Shown: one piece after another, positions 58,295-64,000 of the stretch
Layout: every line of letters begins with the position of its first letter
Position numbering within the stretch: the first letter of the stretch is position 1
Assembly (NCBI GenBank): GCA_007375595.1
Contig: VMEP01000001.1
Location: 340,694-404,693 of the forward strand
Direction of reading: 5' to 3'
Length of the DNA stretch: 64,000 nucleotides
Source: Parcubacteria group bacterium LiPW_30
GTDB taxonomy: Bacteria > Patescibacteriota > Minisyncoccia > Phycocordibacterales > VMEP01
The notes under the pieces: generated by a model
What the model was told of the DNA's origin: nothing
The model's input: the letters and a program-made list of their open reading frames with translations, nothing else
Database searches by the model: none
Program-made: the position numbers and the translations under genes

Positions 58295-59595
58295 AACCTT
58301 TTCAAATTATTGTTCTCTTGATTTTTGGTGTTTTCCTAGTAATTGGAGTGCTTATTTTTTCTGGGATTATAAAACTTCCCGGTGGTGGTGATAATAGTGG
58401 TGTTTCTGGTGAGGTTGTTATTTGGGGAACACTACCTAATTCGTATTTTGATAAATTATTGAGCGATTTTAATTTGGCCCACCAAAAGGAATCTTTCTCG
58501 GTTCGCTATGTAGAAAAAGACAAAACAACATTTGATAATGATTTAGTTGAGGCGATAGCAGCGAACGTTGGCCCAGATTTGGTGTTTTTGCCACAAGATT
58601 TAATTTTGAGACACGTTAGTAAAATATATCCGCTCCCATTAACAACAATTTCCGAGCGCGATTTCAAAGATATGTTTATTGAAGAGGGGGAATTATTCTT
58701 CTTTAATGGAAACGCGATTGCAATACCGTTTACGATTGATCCAATAATGCTTTATTGGAATCGGGATTCTTTTTCGGCGGCTGGTTTTTCCAAACCACCA
58801 CAATACTGGGAAGAGTTTATGGCTATAGTTCCACAACTAACAACCAAAGATAGCGCCACCAATATCACCAAAAGTGCGCTTGCTTTTGGTGAAGCAAAAA
58901 ATATTTTAAACGCGAAAGACATTTTATCGATGCTCATAATGCAAGCGGGGAGTAAAATAGTCGCATATTCTCCGGAGAAAGGAGTTGAGGTTTCTTTAGG
59001 TCAAAATAACACAAGTGGACTTAGGGCGGGCGAAGCAGCACTCCAGTTTTATACCGAGTTTTCTAATCCTGTTAAGCAACATTATTCTTGGAATAAATCA
59101 CTTCCATCCTCTCGAAATATGTTTTTGTCGGGAGATTTAGCTATGTACTTTGGATATGCAAGTGAAATTTTGGATTTGAGGGCACGCAACCCGCATTTGA
59201 ATTTTGATGTTGCGATGGTCCCACAGTCAAAAGGTGTTAATAAAAAAATAACGTTCGGAAGAATGCACGGACTCGCAGCTCTTAAGAGTTCAAAGAATTT
59301 AACCACAGCGCTTTATGTCGAGGTTCTTTTGTCTCAAGCTGATTTTATGAAGAATATTCCGGAGCGTTCTTACCTACCGCCAACTCGCCGTGATTTACTT
59401 CAAGTTCGACCTTCCGATCCGTATCTTTCTATTTTTTATGATTCAGCCATTATTTCAAACGCATGGCTTGATCCAGCGCCAAAGGAAACAACAGCTATTT
59501 TTGCTAGTATGATTGATAACGTTGTTTCAGGTAGATTCAGACCACAAGAAGCCGTTTCCGATACCGCCTCACAATTAGAAAAACTTGTAAAATAA
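58291..59595 (+). CDS. extracellular solute-binding protein (ABC-transporter SBP-like), membrane-anchored
   Basis: N-terminal TM anchor, about 430 aa, alpha/beta pattern typical of SBP_bac_1/8; weak. Confidence 0.45.
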   Translation: MKPFQIIVLLIFGVFLVIGVLIFSGIIKLPGGGDNSGVSGEVVIWGTLPNSYFDKLLSDFNLAHQKESFSVRYVEKDKTTFDNDLVEAIAANVGPDLVFLPQDLILRHVSKIYPLPLTTISERDFKDMFIEEGELFFFNGNAIAIPFTIDPIMLYWNRDSFSAAGFSKPPQYWEEFMAIVPQLTTKDSATNITKSALAFGEAKNILNAKDILSMLIMQAGSKIVAYSPEKGVEVSLGQNNTSGLRAGEAALQFYTEFSNPVKQHYSWNKSLPSSRNMFLSGDLAMYFGYASEILDLRARNPHLNFDVAMVPQSKGVNKKITFGRMHGLAALKSSKNLTTALYVEVLLSQADFMKNIPERSYLPPTRRDLLQVRPSDPYLSIFYDSAIISNAWLDPAPKETTAIFASMIDNVVSGRFRPQEAVSDTASQLEKLVK

Positions 59596-59598
59596 AAT

Positions 59599-60006
59599 AT
59601 GAAAATAAGTAAAAATTTTTGGATAGCGAGAAAAATAGCAATTACTACGTTTGTGGCATTTGTGATTTTTTCACCGCTTACTGTTTTAGGGGCAGGGCTT
59701 GTTCCTTGTGACGGTGTTAATGTTAAGTGTGACTACAATCAGCTAGTTATGCTTGCTCAAAAAATTATTAGATTTTTACTTGAGGCGTCTGTGATTATTG
59801 CGATGCTTTTATTTACTTATGCTGGGTTCCAATTAGCATTTAGTGGTGGAGATACAGGTGCTATGGCAAAAGCTAAAGCAGTATTTTTTAGCGCAGCAAA
59901 AGGTTTAATTATTGCACTTGCGGCTTGGCTTATTGTTGAGACAATTCTTAGAGTGCTTCTTAAGGGTGAAGGTTTTGGACAATATATTCCGCTTGGGGGT
60001 TTTTAA
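59599..60006 (+). CDS. pilin-like small membrane protein (VirB2/TrbC-like topology), paralogue 1 of 5
   Basis: signal/TM segment, hydrophilic spacer, then two TM helices separated by a short loop. Confidence 0.45.
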   Translation: MKISKNFWIARKIAITTFVAFVIFSPLTVLGAGLVPCDGVNVKCDYNQLVMLAQKIIRFLLEASVIIAMLLFTYAGFQLAFSGGDTGAMAKAKAVFFSAAKGLIIALAAWLIVETILRVLLKGEGFGQYIPLGGF

Positions 60007-60019
60007 TGTATAATTATTT

Positions 60020-60439
60020 ATGAATAATTTAAACTTAAATAAATTGACGAAAAGAATTCAAACGAAGAAGTTTTATACTTTATTGGCAGCAAGCCTAGTT
60101 ATCTTTTTTGCTGTTTTGACTCCTTTATTTGTTGACGCTCAGACGGCGAGTGGGCAGAGAGAAGCTACAAAATTACAAAATCCACTTGGCAGTGGTAACG
60201 ACAGTCTCACTGCTTTTGCTAACTCTGTTGTTGATGCTGTGGTTACTGTTGGCTTACCAATTGCCGCGTTAATGATTGTTTACTCTGGTTTTCTTTTTGT
60301 TGCAGCAAGGGGGAATGAAACCAAGCTTAAAGACGCAAAAAATGCTTTCCTTTATGCTGTTATCGGTATTGCTATAATTTTGGCTGCAAAAGTTTTATCG
60401 GAGGTTATAAGGGGAACAATAGACGCCTTAAGAGGTTGA
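60020..60439 (+). CDS. pilin-like small membrane protein, paralogue 2
   Basis: same architecture; signal peptide ending VDA|QT; TM1 VVTVGLPIAALMIVYSGFLFV, TM2 LYAVIGIAIILAAKVL. Confidence 0.45.
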   Translation: MNNLNLNKLTKRIQTKKFYTLLAASLVIFFAVLTPLFVDAQTASGQREATKLQNPLGSGNDSLTAFANSVVDAVVTVGLPIAALMIVYSGFLFVAARGNETKLKDAKNAFLYAVIGIAIILAAKVLSEVIRGTIDALRG

Positions 60440-60452
60440 TTAATAAATAATT

Positions 60453-60866
60453 ATGAAAATTATGAAAAAGGGAAATTTTTTAGTTTTGGGGTTGTTAGGG
60501 TTAGTAATGGTTCCGTCGGTTGTGTATGGAATCTCTAGTTTGACTGGTCTTATAGAGTTCCTTACAAATTCTATAATTATGCCAATCATTGGGCTTATTG
60601 GCGCACTTGCTGTTTTATTTTTCTTGTGGGGAGTTATGAAGTTTATTAAAGATGCAGACAATGAAACTAAGAGGGCTGAAGGACGACAATTCATACTTTA
60701 CGGCATTATTGGGCTTTTTGTTATGGTCTCTGTTTACGGTCTTGTTAGGGTTTTGGAAAATACCTTCCAGTTACCGGTTACTAATAATTCGACGAGAAAC
60801 ACAAATGTGGTAAATACAACGGCGCCGGGTGCGACATATAATAACCGCAACGCTCAAATGGAATAA
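60453..60866 (+). CDS. pilin-like small membrane protein, paralogue 3
   Basis: shares FILYGIIGLFVMVSVYGLVRVLENTF block with paralogues 4 and 5; N/T-rich C-terminal tail. Confidence 0.45.
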   Translation: MKIMKKGNFLVLGLLGLVMVPSVVYGISSLTGLIEFLTNSIIMPIIGLIGALAVLFFLWGVMKFIKDADNETKRAEGRQFILYGIIGLFVMVSVYGLVRVLENTFQLPVTNNSTRNTNVVNTTAPGATYNNRNAQME

Positions 60867-61027
60867 TTGTAAAGTTATTGAACTGTTAGGGTGACCATGA
60901 TGTTGAAATGGCGGCTTGGCTAATGATTCTTTTATCCCCAGACTAGTCGGAAAAAGAAGCAGTCTTGTGTTAAAATAAGAGAGAATTTAATAAAGTCGTT
61001 TAATTAGTATTAATTTTTAGAAATATA

Positions 61028-61444
61028 TTGCGTATGAAAAAAGTAGTTACATTAGTAGCAGCATCAGCACTTCCTGTAGTTGCTCTTGCTCAGACAGTAG
61101 ATGCCATTTTTAGTAAGATTATAACGCTCATTAATTACCTAACGATTATTGTTGTGGCGTTATCTGTTTTGGCGTTTTTCTGGGGTTTGTTTAAGTTTAT
61201 TACCAAGGCAGGAGAAGACAAAGAGGAGGGTCGCCACATAATGATTTGGGGAATCCTCGCACTATTTGTTATGGTTTCTGTTTGGGGTCTTGTTGGTGTT
61301 GTCGGGAATACTTTCGGTGTGCAACAAGGAGGAGCAGTTAATATCCCAGGCATCGGTGGTTCTTACGGCGGTGTTAATACTGGTGGTACTGGAGTTTCTG
61401 GGGGAGTTAATGTCACAGGTGGTATTAATATTCCAATTCGATAA
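61028..61444 (+). CDS. pilin-like small membrane protein, paralogue 4 (Gly-rich C-terminal tail)
   Basis: IMIWGILALFVMVSVWGLVGVVGNTFG block; tail GGAVNIPGIGGSYGGVNTGGTGVSGGVNVTGG. Confidence 0.45.
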   Translation: MRMKKVVTLVAASALPVVALAQTVDAIFSKIITLINYLTIIVVALSVLAFFWGLFKFITKAGEDKEEGRHIMIWGILALFVMVSVWGLVGVVGNTFGVQQGGAVNIPGIGGSYGGVNTGGTGVSGGVNVTGGINIPIR

Positions 61445-61492
61445 TCTATAGACACGAAGCGCGCGATAGCGCGCTTTTGTCACTTGTAAAAA

Positions 61493-61765
61493 ATGATTGC
61501 TGAAGCTGCAACACAACTACAAAGCGGAGCAAACAGCCTTGTTCAAAAACTTGTTGTTAATATCTTAGACCCAATTACGGGATTATTAGGCTCACTTGCA
61601 ATAGCTTATTTTCTTTTCGGGGTACTTCAATACATAATGAATTCTGATAATGAAGACGGGATAGCTCGCGCAAAGAAGTATATGATGTGGGGTCTTATTG
61701 GTTTGTTTATTATGGTTAGCGCATGGGGGATTATAAACCTCATTGAAGGAAGTCTTCCAAGGTAA
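61493..61765 (+). CDS. pilin-like small membrane protein, paralogue 5 (shortest)
   Basis: YMMWGLIGLFIMVSAWGIINLIEG block. Confidence 0.4.
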   Translation: MIAEAATQLQSGANSLVQKLVVNILDPITGLLGSLAIAYFLFGVLQYIMNSDNEDGIARAKKYMMWGLIGLFIMVSAWGIINLIEGSLPR

Positions 61766-61879
61766 GATTTAAATAATCCAGAATTAAAAAATAGTCTCGG
61801 CGAAAGTTGAGGCTATTTTGCTTTTTGGGCAAAGAAAAAGGGCGGGCGCATTACTGCGTCCGCCCGTTTGACGACGAAT

Positions 61880-62341
61880 TTATATCTGGAGCCCCATCTT
61901 GATTGGCGTTGTTTCCCCGTCGTCGAGGATAACGCAAACCCTTTCTCCACCTTCGAAGTTTCGCATGATCCGTTGTTTTGGACCAACACGCGCCACATAT
62001 CCGTCGGGGTAGATGAACTTGACGTTCCCTTCCTTCCCGATTGGGTAGATAGTGAACGGCCCAACTGGGATGGTAAAACATGAGGGAAAGTCGGCCGTGA
62101 CCAGGATCTCAGTAGGGTTTCGTGGTGCCGCTGGACCACGCGCGATTTCCTCGGCTTTGGCTTTTTCAGCCTCGGCGCGATACTCCTTCACGTAGTCTTT
62201 TCCAGACCAGTATAGTGGGATGACAAGAAGGATGATGACGGGCCACTTCGCCGCTTTTTTGATGAAATTAAGCGGTTTCTGGCTTTCGGCCACTATCCCA
62301 GCTTCCTTTGTTCGGCTTTCGTGTGTATCTGTCGTTGCCAT
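61880..62341 (-). CDS. NfeD-like membrane protein (putative partner of the adjacent SPFH protein)
   Basis: N-terminal TM plus C-terminal beta-rich domain; gene order SPFH-NfeD typical of stomatin operons; GC-rich. Confidence 0.4.
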   Translation of the reverse strand: MATTDTHESRTKEAGIVAESQKPLNFIKKAAKWPVIILLVIPLYWSGKDYVKEYRAEAEKAKAEEIARGPAAPRNPTEILVTADFPSCFTIPVGPFTIYPIGKEGNVKFIYPDGYVARVGPKQRIMRNFEGGERVCVILDDGETTPIKMGLQI

Positions 62342-62356
62342 GATGACTCTCCTAAA

Positions 62357-63463
62357 TCATTTCTTAGGGAAAAGGCTAGTGAGGAAGTTGGCGACTGCGT
62401 TCATCCCTTCGCCTCTTATTTCCTGAACATTGTGTTGAATGGTTTTGGTGGTATTTTTATTGACCACCAGCGCCGCTTCCATTGCTTCCGCATCGGTAAT
62501 CGGCTTACCACCATCCGCGCCTTTTTCTTGAAGCGTTTTGGCTGTTTCCTTGATCTTCTTTGCGGTTTCTCTCGCAGACAACGCCTGTTGAAACACAGGG
62601 TCATAGTCGACGTCGGAAATTGCAACGAGAATCAGGTCAATGCCGTACTTCTCTTCATACGAAGCGAGCTTGGGATCCTCGTGCCTTTCAAGCGCTTCCC
62701 TCCTTTCCTTGTCGAGAGCGTTTATGGACTTGAGATACTCGTCAATTTTTTTGATTACAAGCTTCTCCCGTTTTTTTCTGACTTCTTCCTCGGTGCCACC
62801 GGGCAATGTTGCGGGCATCTGCAGGTCCAAGGACAACTCATGTTCATAGTGACCCTTCATGCAACCTTCAATGCGCTTGATGTTTTTTCGAGCAGTTTCG
62901 GCGGTGAGGTTGGCAATAATCTGCGCGAGAAAACTCGAGCCGATGTCATGCAAACCGCGATCAATCACTGTCTTGTCGACGGCGATATACTTGCCGATAT
63001 TGCCCTTCATTCCCCGGTACTGGAAACTCCACACCACATGGAGCATTACGCCGTCGAGGGCGGGATATGTTTCCCCTTTCTCGAATTCTTTGGCGAATAT
63101 CCTCAGGTTTATGTAGTTTCCAGACTTTGTTTGTTCCCAAGGGTACTTGAAATGAATCCCCGTTGGGTATTCTTTGAGCTCTCCACCGAAAAGATTGACC
63201 GTAATAAGTGAGGTCACTTCGGGGACGGACACAAGAAAGTAGGGAAGGAAATGGCTTACGGCTAAGAGCCAGAAGCCGAACGAAAACCAACTGTTGTATT
63301 TTTGGAACAGCATCATGCCAAGTTCGTTGAAAACTAAACCAAGCAGAAGGTTGATGACCAAATACACAACTACTGAAAACGACAACAGAAAAGTAATTTC
63401 TGGTGCCTTTTCCCAGCGGAACAGGTTGACTGGTCCGTCTTTTGAAACAGTGGTAGTAGCCAT
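62357..63463 (-). CDS. SPFH/band-7 (stomatin/HflK/C-like) domain membrane protein
   Basis: N-terminal TM helices; GIHFKYPW and KYGIDLILVAISDVDYDPVFQQALSARETA match SPFH blocks; coiled-coil C-terminus. Confidence 0.65.
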   Translation of the reverse strand: MATTTVSKDGPVNLFRWEKAPEITFLLSFSVVVYLVINLLLGLVFNELGMMLFQKYNSWFSFGFWLLAVSHFLPYFLVSVPEVTSLITVNLFGGELKEYPTGIHFKYPWEQTKSGNYINLRIFAKEFEKGETYPALDGVMLHVVWSFQYRGMKGNIGKYIAVDKTVIDRGLHDIGSSFLAQIIANLTAETARKNIKRIEGCMKGHYEHELSLDLQMPATLPGGTEEEVRKKREKLVIKKIDEYLKSINALDKERREALERHEDPKLASYEEKYGIDLILVAISDVDYDPVFQQALSARETAKKIKETAKTLQEKGADGGKPITDAEAMEAALVVNKNTTKTIQHNVQEIRGEGMNAVANFLTSLFPKK

Positions 63464-63577
63464 GATGACTCCTTTTCAATGTGCGTTTAGCTAGGCGAAA
63501 TACCAAGCTATTACTGTCTATCATTATACATAAAATGACCAAAAAGTCAAGGTGGGGAAGGGGGTTATAAAATGAAA

Positions 63578-63836
63578 AGAGGGAGACTCGGTCAGGGGTA
63601 AAATTCAAGAAGAGATGGAGACCCGGTCATGAATAATTTTGAAGACAAAATAAGTTCACATAGATTGTGAGGAGAGATTCGGTCAAGAACATTTTTACTC
63701 GTCGTCACTCGTAAAAATTTCTCGACCCTGCTCGTTCGACCATTTCTGCTGAAATGGTACCCGAACTCGCTTTCGAGTCTCCCCTCCGAGCAACAAACAA
63801 AATCACCCGATGTTTTCACATCGGGTTCTTTGTTTG
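63578..63836 (-). repeat. array downstream of tRNA-Leu: terminator, inverted copy of the tRNA 3' end, E2-type element, and three degenerate direct copies of the tRNA-Leu 3' end
   Basis: ttcgagtctcccctccgagca (63773-63793) is an inverted copy; gagggagactcggtca (63578-), gatggagacccggtca (63613-), gaggagagattcggtca (63669-) are degenerate direct copies of ggaggggagactcg; E2 core ctcgaccctgctcgttcgaccatttctgctgaaatgg. Confidence 0.55.
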
Positions 63837-63921
63837 TGGTGCTGGAGGGGAGACTCGAACTCCCAAGCCTTGCGGCACTAGTTCCTAAGACTAGCGCGTA
63901 TACCAATTCCGCCACTCCAGC
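63837..63921 (-). tRNA. tRNA-Leu (anticodon TAG), class II, CCA encoded
   Basis: revcomp GCTGGAGTGGCGGAATTGGTA..CTTAGGA anticodon loop..long variable arm..GGGAGTTCGAGTCTCCCCTCCAGCACCA. Confidence 0.8.
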
Positions 63922-63954
63922 ATGTTTTTAAATTGTAAAAAATTAATTTAACTT

Positions 63955-64000
63955 ACCTAGCTTGTCGTCACGGATATTTTTCTGCTGAAAAATTCCGCGA
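63955..64000 (-). repeat. partial long-form tRNA-associated repeat (truncated by the window end)
   Basis: gtcacggatatttttctgctgaaaaattccgcga parallels gtcacagatattttcctgctggaaaattctgcga of copies A and B. Confidence 0.5.

Noticed and set aside
62321-63211. 296-aa +-strand ORF and 215-aa minus ORF (62961-63608) overlapping the SPFH gene
   Set aside because: Both are alternative frames of the GC-rich SPFH gene, whose own frame carries conserved SPFH blocks.
63592-63915. 107-aa minus ORF overlapping tRNA-Leu
   Set aside because: Overlaps a clear tRNA and its terminator. Spurious.
1-64000. CRISPR arrays, rRNA genes, integrase, transposase or phage structural genes
   Set aside because: Looked for regularly spaced direct repeats, 16S/23S signature blocks, and tyrosine-recombinase or DDE motifs in the ORF track. 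None found. The repeats present are tRNA-associated elements, not CRISPR.

Overview
AT-rich bacterial chromosomal segment punctuated by short GC-rich islands. Gene content and style (many small proteins, a free-standing GIY-YIG gene, reduced metabolism, no rRNA in the window) suggest a Candidate Phyla Radiation / Patescibacteria-like organism; that assignment is inference. Housekeeping genes are clear from conserved motifs: lepA, gyrA, ftsA-ftsZ, trxB, valS, hisS, lepB, pth, rpsA, rpsU, ybeY, tsaD, murJ, ppnK, a DEAD-box helicase, an M13 peptidase, an ABC exporter and an MFS transporter. There are seven tRNA genes (Trp, Arg, Phe, Val, Ser, Glu, Leu). The RNase P RNA gene (rnpB) is identifiable by its P4/P8/P15/P18 signature blocks but is about 760 nt long, because its P3 stem-loop encloses a complete 80-aa GIY-YIG nuclease ORF and it carries two near-identical 62-nt hairpin insertions. 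Three observations stand out. (1) An intact rnpB with a GIY-YIG ORF nested in P3. (2) A family of short non-coding repeat elements lying downstream of at least six tRNA genes, five of them on the same strand as the tRNA; most are bounded by direct or inverted copies of that tRNA's 3' end (T-loop plus acceptor strand), so they behave like miniature tRNA-targeting integrative elements. At tRNA-Phe the array carries a cargo ORF. (3) A tandem array of five paralogous small proteins with VirB2/TrbC pilin-like topology at 59.6-61.8 kb. Other points: a PurC-PurE fusion plus PurN in a GC-rich island, several further GC-rich islands consistent with horizontal acquisition, a duplicated 125-bp Trp-rich C-terminal coding module, and two GC-rich intergenic islands without convincing ORFs that may encode structured RNAs. 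No CRISPR array, rRNA gene, integrase or transposase was recognised.
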